64,000 nucleotides of DNA from an uncultured virus (IMG/VR IMGVR_UViG_3300017991_000054) (IMGVR_UViG_3300017991_000054), one strand, 5' to 3'. Counted from the first letter of the stretch, positions 16,622 to 25,500 are shown. Notes: generated by a model from the sequence alone, not told the origin. A program made the numbers and translations.

Positions 16622-16697
16622 GCCCCTGTAGCTAAGCGGATTAGCACCGACCTTCTAAGTCGGCTTCACGGAGGTTCGAATCCTCTCAGGGGTTCCA
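16622..16697 (+). tRNA. tRNA-Arg(TCT)
   Basis: GCCCCTG/CAGGGGT, CCGAC-CT-TCT-AA-GTCGG, CCA. Confidence 0.9.
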
Positions 16698-16714
16698 AAA
16701 GAAAGGAGACAACC

Positions 16715-16771
16715 ATGACGTAGATTATTTTTAATCCACCGTAGGTTGCATCACGAAGCCCACCTTATTAA
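16715..16771 (+). other. Minigene/leader MT*IIFNPP*VASRSPPY with two in-frame TAG
   Basis: AAAGGAG RBS 6 nt before ATG; TAG at 16721 and 16742; ends TAA. Confidence 0.5.
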
Positions 16772-16802
16772 ATTATAATTTATAAACCTAAATTATAATT
16801 TA
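16769..16802. repeat. Two copies of the 14-bp palindrome TAAATTATAATTTA, 20 bp apart
   Basis: Copies at 16769-16782 and 16789-16802. Confidence 0.7.
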
Positions 16803-16818
16803 TATAAGGAGACATAAA

Positions 16819-17133
16819 ATGAGAAAATCAGATTTGTTATACGGAAAAGTAAAACCTCAATTAAAGTCATGGGCTAAAGAGATACGAGAACTCAAAAATT
16901 CTCGAAAACAAGATAAGCGTGATGGTAGAGCTTTATGGGATATTGAATATGATATCGCAAAACTCAAGTATGAATTTAGACATCATCACATTGCTTATTG
17001 TTTAATGCGAGGAAGAGATCGCATTGAAATTGAGCAGCCAAGGGACGATCATCTCCCAAACGAAAATAAGATAGAAGTCATTCTAAAAAATTGGGAGGTA
17101 GAGATCGATGAAGATGTACGTCTTAGTGCGTAG
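16819..17133 (+). CDS. Conserved-looking phage hypothetical protein
   Basis: AAGGAG RBS; YEFRHHHIAYCLMRGR motif. Confidence 0.7.
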   Translation: MRKSDLLYGKVKPQLKSWAKEIRELKNSRKQDKRDGRALWDIEYDIAKLKYEFRHHHIAYCLMRGRDRIEIEQPRDDHLPNENKIEVILKNWEVEIDEDVRLSA

Positions 17134-17407
17134 GGATCTAACAACGTCCCAACAAGCTGTGCAGGCAGGGCACGCTTTAGCGAAGTACATGTGGGAAACA
17201 CCGATTGGGATAACTGGTCAGTGGGCAAATGGTACTCTCGTTTATTTGGGCGTGGAGAATGAAAAACATTTAAAAAAATGGCGAGATAAGTTAGAGCATA
17301 GTGAAATGTATTTTCATGAGTGGCGAGAACCTGATATGGACAATCAATTAACCGCAGTCGCTGCTTATGGGAATGGTCGGGTGCTTAAACGTCTTGATTT
17401 ACTGTAA
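17108..17407 (+). CDS. Peptidyl-tRNA hydrolase 2 (PTH2)-like protein
   Basis: KMYVLVRRDL...QQAVQAGHA...WREPD...LTAVA...LKRLDLL. Confidence 0.7.
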   Translation: MKMYVLVRRDLTTSQQAVQAGHALAKYMWETPIGITGQWANGTLVYLGVENEKHLKKWRDKLEHSEMYFHEWREPDMDNQLTAVAAYGNGRVLKRLDLL

Positions 17408-17409
17408 TC

Positions 17410-17485
17410 GGGCGTATAGCTCAGTCGGAAGAGCGGGTGTCTCTAAAACATCGCTGCGTGGGTTCGAACCCCACTACGCCCTCCA
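17410..17485 (+). tRNA. Amber suppressor tRNA (anticodon CTA)
   Basis: GGGCGTA/TACGCCC, GGTGT-CT-CTA-AA-ACATC, GTGGG-TTCGAAC-CCCAC, CCA. Confidence 0.9.
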
Positions 17486-17494
17486 TTTTTTGTA

Positions 17495-17540
17495 CAAAAA
17501 AAGAGTTGTGGAGCACTCTTCGAATGTGCTCCACAACCCT
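17495..17540 (-). terminator. Terminator between convergent units
   Basis: A-run then GTTGTGGAGCAC...GTGCTCCACAAC hairpin. Confidence 0.65.
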
Positions 17541-17543
17541 CCT

Positions 17544-19010
17544 CTATTTCCTTTCCACCTTATCCTTCCACGAGTCACCTTTCGAGACAATAGTAATTGG
17601 TACGTCTAGGTGCCACTCAAGCAAATCAATATACTTCCTTGCGTTACCAGGAAAGTCCTCAAACTTTTCAATTTTTGACAAGTCTGTCATCCAACCCTCA
17701 CATTGAAGCGAGTATACCGGTCTACAATCTTCTAAAAGGTCTGTTAGAAGTTGGCGCTCTTCAATTGACCTCTCCTTTGCTATGATTTTTGTTATAAACA
17801 CTTGATTGGTTGACCGCTGATGTTCCCACTCAAAAAACTCATTTAACAGTGGAAATAACTTTCCTGTATACTCATATTGCTCGCATATAAGTATATGAGG
17901 AATTAATGATAGTTTATCTAAATTGGTTAATACAATCTCACCAATCCTTCCCTTGTTCAAGTCAAGAGCATACTGAGACATAACCAAATCAAACCACCCA
18001 ACTCTAAAGTCTCCTTGCCACCCGTTCTTAGAGTTATCATACTCTAGTAAGAATGTTTTAAGAGCTTCATCCTCAGATGGAAATGGGCCAGGTCCATGTC
18101 GATGGTCGTAAGCTCGTAGTACTCCAACCTCTCTGACGTTTAAAGTATGAGGAAAATCACCAGACCCCTTACCAACGCCCCAGATGATAAGACTCTCCGC
18201 ATTCTCAACGGTTGTGTTTGATTTAGTAACATGTGGCCAGAAACCACCCTTGAAGTCTAGAAGAGCTCCTTGTGCACCTTCAAAGATAGTAGGTGTTCCC
18301 CAGCTAAAACATTCAGAGAACATCTTTCCTTCTGGATCTTCAATCGGGTGAGGGAGACCAACTAGAATGTCAATATACTGCTCAGTTAATTCGAGTGGAT
18401 TGATATTGTTAATTTCATCGCGTCGTCGTACCAACCGTTGGTTCGTTGGATTTTGCATTACAAACATTTCAGCTCTTTCTTTAACTTCCCCTTTAAGTGT
18501 GCTTAACTTTCTCAAAGAATCGTCAAGGGAACGATCTATATCTCCAAAGACAAGAGCATCTTTGACACCCTTCTTTTGAAAGTCAAAGACAGCTTGACCT
18601 ACACCTAACCCAACAGAACCATGACGCGAGTCACCCTTACTCAACTCAACCATTTGACCAATTAACCGATGATATGGCGTTACCACCGGACAATGAGGAT
18701 GTATTCGTATTGTGTCCCAAGGACTGAATCCCACTTTATCTTGCAACACATTCGCCTCTTCAACTAACGCAAATGGTTCAACATACATATGCTCAGAAAG
18801 ATATGATAGTCGACCTAGTGGTGATGCGGAAGTGAATTGACTACAGCAATGAGATTCACCATTATCCAATGTGACAAAATGAGCGGCTTGACAACCACCG
18901 TTAAATCTGACAACCATTTGAGCATCAGATTTTCTTGCGAAATAATTAACAGTGTTACCTTTCCCCTCATCACCAAAACCAAGACCTACGATTATGTATA
19001 CATCTTTCAT
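17544..19010 (-). CDS. purA: Adenylosuccinate synthetase family protein (divergent PurA)
   Basis: GLGFGDEGKG, VRFNGG.QAAH, FEGAQGALLD, RHGPGPFP, RVGWFD. Confidence 0.8.
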   Translation of the reverse strand: MKDVYIIVGLGFGDEGKGNTVNYFARKSDAQMVVRFNGGCQAAHFVTLDNGESHCCSQFTSASPLGRLSYLSEHMYVEPFALVEEANVLQDKVGFSPWDTIRIHPHCPVVTPYHRLIGQMVELSKGDSRHGSVGLGVGQAVFDFQKKGVKDALVFGDIDRSLDDSLRKLSTLKGEVKERAEMFVMQNPTNQRLVRRRDEINNINPLELTEQYIDILVGLPHPIEDPEGKMFSECFSWGTPTIFEGAQGALLDFKGGFWPHVTKSNTTVENAESLIIWGVGKGSGDFPHTLNVREVGVLRAYDHRHGPGPFPSEDEALKTFLLEYDNSKNGWQGDFRVGWFDLVMSQYALDLNKGRIGEIVLTNLDKLSLIPHILICEQYEYTGKLFPLLNEFFEWEHQRSTNQVFITKIIAKERSIEERQLLTDLLEDCRPVYSLQCEGWMTDLSKIEKFEDFPGNARKYIDLLEWHLDVPITIVSKGDSWKDKVERK

Positions 19011-20011
19011 AGGCGCGATGCTCCACCTTTCTTCTTTATAGACGCAGTTGGAAGATCTCCACTTACATCAGGAATGACTGTAAGGGCTTTGCTATATCCT
19101 GCAAGGTCAGTCCCGACGTTGGCGATTCTCTCAGGACTTTGAGGTTCCAATGCTCCTGTTGACGGATCTGTTAAGGTTGCTAAATCATGTTGATATTCTT
19201 CAAGAGTCCTTGACTTCGATACCATAGCAATGATACCTCGAATCAAGTCAATAACACTTTTCTCCTCGGTAACTCTGATGACATTTTCTCGAGGTATGAC
19301 CTTACACCACTCTTCATAGATCCATTCGTCAATATCAGGCTTACCACCACCACAATACTTATTAAGGATCATAAAAAGATTCCCCTTGAATTTGTCATAC
19401 AACTGGCTAAAAATATATTGGGTGTCCAGAGTAGAAACATCTTTATCACCAATATACTCGACAATATGTGCCTGGTCAAGTGTTGGATATGGTGCTTCAT
19501 CACCAACAAAGAAACAGAATGGCAACTCAACTGTTGCATCAAACTCTAGATGGGTTAGAGCAAAATATGCTGCTAACTCATACGTTTCCATTCTTTGACC
19601 GCCACCGCCACTCTCCAAATACAGTTTCTTTAGCCATGCATCAACATCTAACCCCTTAGCAAGCTCTGCGATTTGAAGAGGAGCATAGTCGCAATTAGCG
19701 TCGCCTACACCACATAAGGCCAACATGAACTCTTCGAGATAATTCTGCTGCTCAATTTGTCCATAAAACATTGGCGCTTTGTCATACGTTACCCTCGCAA
19801 AGTCAATGTTCGACCCTGTAACGTCCAGGAATATGAAGAGCGGTGATTTCGTTGCACACTTGACAAATTTCCCCGTTGGATTCATATCAGCATGGAGATT
19901 ATCTTCTGTCAATGCTGCACTCGCCGCATTACTCGACATACTACCTGTTTGTCTGTTGGTTGATTTTGTTGAACTTCCATAGACCGGTCTTGCATAACTC
20001 GTTCCGCCCAT
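19007..20011 (-). CDS. vWA-like domain protein
   Basis: FIFLDVTGSN, GVGDA.CD.APLQ, ESGGGGQ..ETYELA, FFVGDE. Confidence 0.7.
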   Translation of the reverse strand: MGGTSYARPVYGSSTKSTNRQTGSMSSNAASAALTEDNLHADMNPTGKFVKCATKSPLFIFLDVTGSNIDFARVTYDKAPMFYGQIEQQNYLEEFMLALCGVGDANCDYAPLQIAELAKGLDVDAWLKKLYLESGGGGQRMETYELAAYFALTHLEFDATVELPFCFFVGDEAPYPTLDQAHIVEYIGDKDVSTLDTQYIFSQLYDKFKGNLFMILNKYCGGGKPDIDEWIYEEWCKVIPRENVIRVTEEKSVIDLIRGIIAMVSKSRTLEEYQHDLATLTDPSTGALEPQSPERIANVGTDLAGYSKALTVIPDVSGDLPTASIKKKGGASRL

Positions 20012-20026
20012 CGTGTATAACCTCCT

Positions 20027-21112
20027 TTAAAATGGATGTGGAATGAACTCCCTTTGCGGATATAAACTTGACCTGATCCCAATCAATCGTCGTAGAGCTT
20101 TCCAAGCATCATCCGCACGTTTATCCGTATCGTACTCAATAAAAGTTCCAAGGAACTCCTTTACCACGTCATTTAATTTATCTGAGAAGACTCGCCTGTG
20201 AATATCACCTCCTGTCACATATAAAAAACACATCCCCAATCCAAACATATCCGCAGATGGATGAGCATTTTCACCCTTTGACACTTCTGGCGGACTGAAT
20301 ATATTACGACCTACAAAAGGTTTGCCATCGACATATTTTACAGAGAAAATGAAATCAATGGGAATTACATTATGATTTCGACCAACAGCTATAAGATTCG
20401 CTGGTTCCAAATTGCCATGAATCCATCCGTTGTGATGCATGTACCCAAGGACATTCAGACATCGGTCAAGCATTGACAAGGCTATGGATTCAGGAACACC
20501 TTCTTTAAACTCATCCATCTTTAAGATTGTTGTAAAATCCCTTCCATCAATAAAACTCGTCACTATTGATTTTTGCCTTGCTTTGTTCTTGAACGTGTCC
20601 ACAAGGTGTGGTAACGACACATGATTTAATTCATTGAGAACTTGCACCTCAGTTTCGAGCAGGTCATTATCATTCGGGTTAATAATAGATTTGATAGCTC
20701 CTTCTGACATCATCCCATTAGCACCCAAATACTCAGCTCGATACACATTACAATAGTCGCCTTCAGCGATATGTCCAAGAACCTTATAAGTGTATCGTTT
20801 TGTTTTAATCTCAGGAGCATTCTTGGGCGCTGTAGACTGACTTTGTCTGATCCCATAACTTCCATCTTTGATCTTTTGTTTAGCCTCTTCATGGAACAAA
20901 TTGATTGCTTTCAATACTTCTTGACGTTGGTGGTCTTCTTCATCATCTCCTGTGTTTACAACTGGAAATGCTTTTACAAGTGTTCGGAAAACACCCTTCA
21001 AATTTTCCAGTTTTGCATCCATCCCATTACCAACAATTACCCCAAAAAGATCTTCCGCAACCGAACAACAACATATAGTCTTGTAAAAATTCTCCAGTTC
21101 GTGATTCGCCAT
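20027..21112 (-). CDS. Ser/Thr protein kinase with helical (J-domain-like) N-terminus
   Basis: IAEGDYCNVY, AIK, IHGNLEPANL, IDF, PPE, ADMFGLG; GGAGG before ATG 21112; catalytic HRD altered to HGN. Confidence 0.75.
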   Translation of the reverse strand: MANHELENFYKTICCCSVAEDLFGVIVGNGMDAKLENLKGVFRTLVKAFPVVNTGDDEEDHQRQEVLKAINLFHEEAKQKIKDGSYGIRQSQSTAPKNAPEIKTKRYTYKVLGHIAEGDYCNVYRAEYLGANGMMSEGAIKSIINPNDNDLLETEVQVLNELNHVSLPHLVDTFKNKARQKSIVTSFIDGRDFTTILKMDEFKEGVPESIALSMLDRCLNVLGYMHHNGWIHGNLEPANLIAVGRNHNVIPIDFIFSVKYVDGKPFVGRNIFSPPEVSKGENAHPSADMFGLGMCFLYVTGGDIHRRVFSDKLNDVVKEFLGTFIEYDTDKRADDAWKALRRLIGIRSSLYPQREFIPHPF

Positions 21113-21213
21113 CGTCACCTCCCTATCTAAAAATAAATTCAAATTCCTGCTCATATAGTAATATATATATTAGATTGAAACCTTTATGTATAGGAAGAAC
21201 ATATTAAAAACTA

Positions 21214-21296
21214 CCCCGCGTAGCTAAACTGGATTAGCACCTGTCTACGAAACAGGGATTATTTTAATGGGAGTTCGAGTCTCCTCGCGGGGTCCA
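21214..21296 (+). tRNA. tRNA-Arg(ACG), extended variable loop
   Basis: CCCCGCG/CGCGGGG, CCTGT-CT-ACG-AA-ACAGG, CCA. Confidence 0.9.
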
Positions 21297-21316
21297 ATTT
21301 TAAAAAGAGGAGTGTC

Positions 21317-21553
21317 ATGTCAAATGGTCGCGACATTTATGACGAGTTCGTCTGGGCTACATCGGAGGAGTCAAAAGAGCAAGCACTAAAACTACAAAGG
21401 TTAAAGTCGTTGATCGAGGAACATGGATGCACCCTAGAATATGCGGATCTCCAAACCGGCGAAATACATGTATCATGTAAAGATGAGAATGGAAAGGAGT
21501 GTCCAAAAAAGAGTCAAGCATTAGCTTTTGCTCTTGGGAACGTAGATTTTTAA
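21317..21553 (+). CDS. Hypothetical protein
   Basis: GAGGAG RBS, 78 aa. Confidence 0.6.
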   Translation: MSNGRDIYDEFVWATSEESKEQALKLQRLKSLIEEHGCTLEYADLQTGEIHVSCKDENGKECPKKSQALAFALGNVDF

Positions 21554-21652
21554 ACAAAAAAAGCGCGGACCGGGGAGCGATGACAATGGTAAGGCTATCA
21601 CCTATCCATATCAATATCCGGTCCGCGCTTAACCCCTGTCAACCACCGAGGT

Positions 21653-22096
21653 TTAGAGGTCGAATTCCGAAGGCGGTAGATTCAATGCGCTACATATCTT
21701 CCGCACAACAGCTTTTTCATCATCGTCAAAGTTCCCGTCTGCTGCCCCAATCGCGCAACAGACTCGTACCAGCAGACGAGCTTCATCGGGTTTACTGGCG
21801 ATTTTCTGGATCGCCTTCATACATTCCCCTTCACCGATGTGTTTGTCAAAATCATATCCTTCCAAATACTTCTGGAATGATTCGATGACCTTGGGAATAT
21901 CGTAAACCTGGAGAGCTTCACTCCTGCTCATATAGGCGATGATCTTTTGTTTCTCTTCAGGGTCGACGGTTCCGTCAGCCTGGGCGACCATAGCACAAGC
22001 GGCTACGGTACCTTCCATCAGGCTTTTGTTTGCGAATTTCTTCGCCTCCTTCGTGATGTCGTCTCCCCAACTTTTCAATGTATCTAAGAATCCCAC
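21653..22096 (-). CDS. terB: Tellurite resistance TerB family protein
   Basis: ACAMVAQADGTVDPEEK...CAIGAADGNFDDDEKAVVRKIC..LNL. Confidence 0.9.
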   Translation of the reverse strand: MGFLDTLKSWGDDITKEAKKFANKSLMEGTVAACAMVAQADGTVDPEEKQKIIAYMSRSEALQVYDIPKVIESFQKYLEGYDFDKHIGEGECMKAIQKIASKPDEARLLVRVCCAIGAADGNFDDDEKAVVRKICSALNLPPSEFDL

Positions 22097-22113
22097 TAGC
22101 TATCCCCCCTTTC

Positions 22114-22704
22114 TCAAATCATGAAATCTGCGATGTCCGGTTTCTTGGACATGGTCTTGTTGACATTAACCAAATGGGGTGTTCCCGTTCGATTGTCAAT
22201 CATTGCAACCACGCACCAAGAACCTTTCTTGGTCTCAGACAGTGGGACCTCCAACGGTTCGCCCATACCTTTTACGGTAACCTTACCTTCATACTGGGCG
22301 AAATTGGTGCTCTTACCATAGATATTAGCCACGATAAGTGCACAATCTACCGCGCCCAAGTCTCCGAAGTGCATATTCTCTTCGTTTCCTTGAGTTGAGT
22401 CCACTTTGTCCCCGATACCGGAATCTTGATCCAGTTTGATGTATGGGGGTCGGGAAAGACTTCCTTTTCTCTGGAAGTTGATTTGGCCTGCTCCAGAGGT
22501 TCCTCCCCTGCTCCCACCACCCACGAGCTTGCTAAAGAAGCCCTTCTTTTCTTGGGTTGGTGCAGGCGAGCCTTTGGGTAGGTACATACAATACAAATCC
22601 AGATCGACCGGTGTCTTCCAGAATAGCGTGGCTTGGACTTTGTTGTCCATTATAAGGGCTTTATCACCCTTTTGAGCTAATACTGGCATACATTCTCCTT
22701 TCAA
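22114..22704 (-). CDS. TerD/TerA family stress protein
   Basis: LFWKTPVDLDLYCM, PPYIKLDQDSG, NEENM. Confidence 0.75.
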   Translation of the reverse strand: MKGECMPVLAQKGDKALIMDNKVQATLFWKTPVDLDLYCMYLPKGSPAPTQEKKGFFSKLVGGGSRGGTSGAGQINFQRKGSLSRPPYIKLDQDSGIGDKVDSTQGNEENMHFGDLGAVDCALIVANIYGKSTNFAQYEGKVTVKGMGEPLEVPLSETKKGSWCVVAMIDNRTGTPHLVNVNKTMSKKPDIADFMI

Positions 22705-22759
22705 GGGAATGCGGGTAGCTAGGTGGCGTCCTAACTACCCGCGGAGACTATGACGCCGG

Positions 22760-23548
22760 CTAGACGTTCATAAGGTCGAATTGGAATGTAAGGGTTTCAT
22801 GGACGTCGGTGGCATCTGTCTTGATCTTGCTGAACAGGGCCAGCTCGGCGTCATCGTACTGGTCATCACCCTTGACAGCGTCGACGAGCCATTTAGCCTC
22901 ATCCTCGTCAACCACACCAGGGCTTGTTTCATCTTCGAGTACATGTTTGGCAATTACTTCAACGAACAGGTCTTTCCAACCCGCATCGTTTTCTTTCCCG
23001 GATACGGCGTCGTTCAGAGCAAACATGAAGTCTGCTTCCTCTCGGCTTACGCCTTCTCCGTCTCCCCCACCAGACCCATAAATCACGGTTCTGATCTGGG
23101 CGACCTCGTCAGCATCGATGATGCCGTCTTCGAGGACTCTGGCTTTCAGGGATTCCATGACGTATGTATTGAAATCGTCGGTGCAGGATTCGGCTTTGTC
23201 GGTGATGTTGACCAAGAGAGCCATCTCATTGTCATCCACCACACCGTCTTCACCGATTTTCTCCTTCAGGTAGGTGTATTCGTCGGCGTCGACTGCACCT
23301 GGGGAGGCCTCATCACCAAGAACGTGATTGGTAATTCCCTCAACGAACACTTCCTTCCATGCAGGATCGTTCTCTTTTCCGCTGGTGGCCGTATTAATGT
23401 CGAAGAGCATATCCGCTTCGGCGCGGGATACACGGGCACCTTCGTCACCATCTTCGCTGTAGATTTCAGCTTTGATCGCCGCGGCTTCGTCCGCATCCAC
23501 GATTCCATCTTCCAATACGCTGGTTTTCAGCTCTTCCAATGTAGGCAT
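22760..23548 (-). CDS. Acidic protein with two internal repeats (TerB-like/Ca-binding)
   Basis: Repeated VLEDGI.DADE...VSR.EAD..F..N...SGKEND..WK..FVE.I..HVL.DE.SPG.VD.DE. Confidence 0.75.
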   Translation of the reverse strand: MPTLEELKTSVLEDGIVDADEAAAIKAEIYSEDGDEGARVSRAEADMLFDINTATSGKENDPAWKEVFVEGITNHVLGDEASPGAVDADEYTYLKEKIGEDGVVDDNEMALLVNITDKAESCTDDFNTYVMESLKARVLEDGIIDADEVAQIRTVIYGSGGGDGEGVSREEADFMFALNDAVSGKENDAGWKDLFVEVIAKHVLEDETSPGVVDEDEAKWLVDAVKGDDQYDDAELALFSKIKTDATDVHETLTFQFDLMNV

Positions 23549-23604
23549 AAAATTTTCCTCCTTTTATGCTATCTAATGGTAGTTAATTCCAATGAAGAAT
23601 CGAC

Positions 23605-24171
23605 CTACAGACCCATACCGGTCTTGATGTTGGTCACCAATTCTTCGGTGGTTCCCGGTGCACCCTTGAGCAAGCAGCTCCTGCTCTCATTGATGAGGTT
23701 TGCGCCGATCGGGCTCGAGTTGTCGATGGTGGCCAGTAATGTGCAGTTCGCGATATCACCACATTCCAATGTGATATTATGACCGCGGGCTTTGTCATCC
23801 ATGAACTCCAGTCGTACGTTGGCAGCCGCGTCATTGAACCTGGATGGATCGCCCTTCTGGAGTGCGCCCCAATCCCATGACACGATGTACATTTTGTCGA
23901 CCTCGGAGAGATTCAGGATCTTCATGATCTCTTCATTCTCCCCACCGTCGATGCTGTCACCAACACCCTGATCTTCAGACAGGGTTGCGACTGGGTTCGA
24001 TACATCAGTACCACGAGCTCCAAAATACAGGAGATCACTGGAACCATCTTTTTTCTCGATGATTGCTGCGAGATCGAAATCTGCGGGAATGCCCCATTTC
24101 AACTTCGCGATCAACTGCGAGAAACCCTCATCCAATGGTGCACTGTCACCTTTCTTCGCCAATTCCGCCAT
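23605..24171 (-). CDS. TerD family stress protein
   Basis: LAKKGD, LKWGIPADFDLAA, LSEDQGVGD...NEEIM. Confidence 0.75.
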   Translation of the reverse strand: MAELAKKGDSAPLDEGFSQLIAKLKWGIPADFDLAAIIEKKDGSSDLLYFGARGTDVSNPVATLSEDQGVGDSIDGGENEEIMKILNLSEVDKMYIVSWDWGALQKGDPSRFNDAAANVRLEFMDDKARGHNITLECGDIANCTLLATIDNSSPIGANLINESRSCLLKGAPGTTEELVTNIKTGMGL

Positions 24172-24234
24172 AGTCTTTTCCTCCTTTCACTAGTGAGTTG
24201 AGCGGAAATTCGTAAGCACCCCATGTGCTCACTT

Positions 24235-25323
24235 CTATAGTAAAACGAACCCAGATACAATATAACAAGCGTAAAACACGACGAGCGGGTAGGAGTGTTT
24301 CCACTTGAGAAATTGAGTCCTAAGTCCGATTAACAGCAAGAAGGCGATGGTTGGTAACAACCATATATAAACTGGCAGCAATTCTGGAAATCGACCAGTT
24401 GTGTAAACTTTCATTTCCTCGCTTAGCCAGATTGACCTAAAGCCGGCGAATGCTAAGTCAATGACGTTAGAACCAAATAACATTCCCAGAAGAGCTGCTT
24501 TCTTGTCGGCGATGACATACCGATAAGACATCATAAACTCAGGGAATGATGAAACGTAAGATGTGAACATAATCAAAATGCCCCCAACCGAAAAGTATCC
24601 AGTTAACGCCATATTGAACGTCGAACCAAGACACTCCCTCACAAATACAACCAGCGCGAAGACCAAAAACGCATAGATGGCTATCGACTTTCCAAAGTCT
24701 TTTGTCCAACCCATTGGATCAGCTGTAAGCTCCGGAACACAATCACACCCGTCATCCTCTTCTTCCTCATCGTCGTCATTGTCTTTTATTGCATTTGGTA
24801 TAACAAATTGACAAAGGACGAAAAGGCCACCAATGGTCATCAAGATCCAGGATTCATTCACTGTTAGTATTCCATCACGAATGAAAACAGATAACGACCC
24901 AGAAGCGATGATGTAAGAAATGAGTCCAACGTATGTGCTTGGCTTTACTGGAATTGGGTCATCTTTATTGACCTTGCCCATTCGAATCATAAAGATCATG
25001 GCCACGGCGCCAATGCCAAGCAAGTTGTCCATAGCAGAAAACGCCATATTCAAGGTTCCAGAGCAAGCCTTCTCCCCCAATTGAAGGGTTGACCAAACCT
25101 CGCTTGTAATAAATGGTGTCGCCGCTATAATAGCCATAACGATTTCTGGACCAGATGTAGCCATCGCTTGAAATGTAGATGCGATAACATCTTCCGGTAG
25201 TTTTAGTAATTTTCCGATTCTACCACCGACAGTTTCTAGTGGGTCACTGGTAATGAAAAGGAGATAACACGAAGCCGCAAGTATGAAAACTGAAGAACCT
25301 AACAACCATAAATTATTGTCCAA
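24235..25323 (-). CDS. Na+/Ca2+ antiporter (CaCA family)-like membrane protein
   Basis: ~10 TM; alpha-repeat motifs ATSGPE and VSSFPE...LFGSN; acidic central loop. Confidence 0.75.
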   Translation of the reverse strand: MDNNLWLLGSSVFILAASCYLLFITSDPLETVGGRIGKLLKLPEDVIASTFQAMATSGPEIVMAIIAATPFITSEVWSTLQLGEKACSGTLNMAFSAMDNLLGIGAVAMIFMIRMGKVNKDDPIPVKPSTYVGLISYIIASGSLSVFIRDGILTVNESWILMTIGGLFVLCQFVIPNAIKDNDDDEEEEDDGCDCVPELTADPMGWTKDFGKSIAIYAFLVFALVVFVRECLGSTFNMALTGYFSVGGILIMFTSYVSSFPEFMMSYRYVIADKKAALLGMLFGSNVIDLAFAGFRSIWLSEEMKVYTTGRFPELLPVYIWLLPTIAFLLLIGLRTQFLKWKHSYPLVVFYACYIVSGFVLL

Positions 25324-25332
25324 TGCGTCCTC

Positions 25333-25500
25333 CTATCGTCTCGCTTTTGTCAGTAAATATCCTCCTCCCAATACAGCAGCAAGTACCAAGAGAAGAAGAC
25401 CGCCAGTCACAACAGCGGCTTTTGCAGCTTTAACAATGAAAAATCCTATGACCAAGCCGCCAACGATCAAACCACCCCAAATCTTTTGCTTTAGTGTCAC
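25333..25500 (-). CDS. Small 2-TM protein, 55 aa
   Basis: AAGGAGG then GTG; MTLKQKIWGGLIVGGLVIGFF...LLTKARR. Confidence 0.6.
   Translation of the reverse strand: MTLKQKIWGGLIVGGLVIGFFIVKAAKAAVVTGGLLLLVLAAVLGGGYLLTKARR

Noticed and set aside
17410..17485. tRNA-Pyl
   Set aside because: Has canonical D-loop, 5-bp anticodon stem and TTCGA T-loop; no pyl genes seen
17367..17706. ORFs 17367-17609 and 17437-17706
   Set aside because: Run through the suppressor tRNA, terminator and antisense purA
17544..19010. PurZ / Z-genome
   Set aside because: Retains GDEGKG Asp typical of PurA rather than the Ser of PurZ
22781..23782. 333-aa plus-strand ORF
   Set aside because: Antisense shadow of the Ter-island genes with no recognisable motifs
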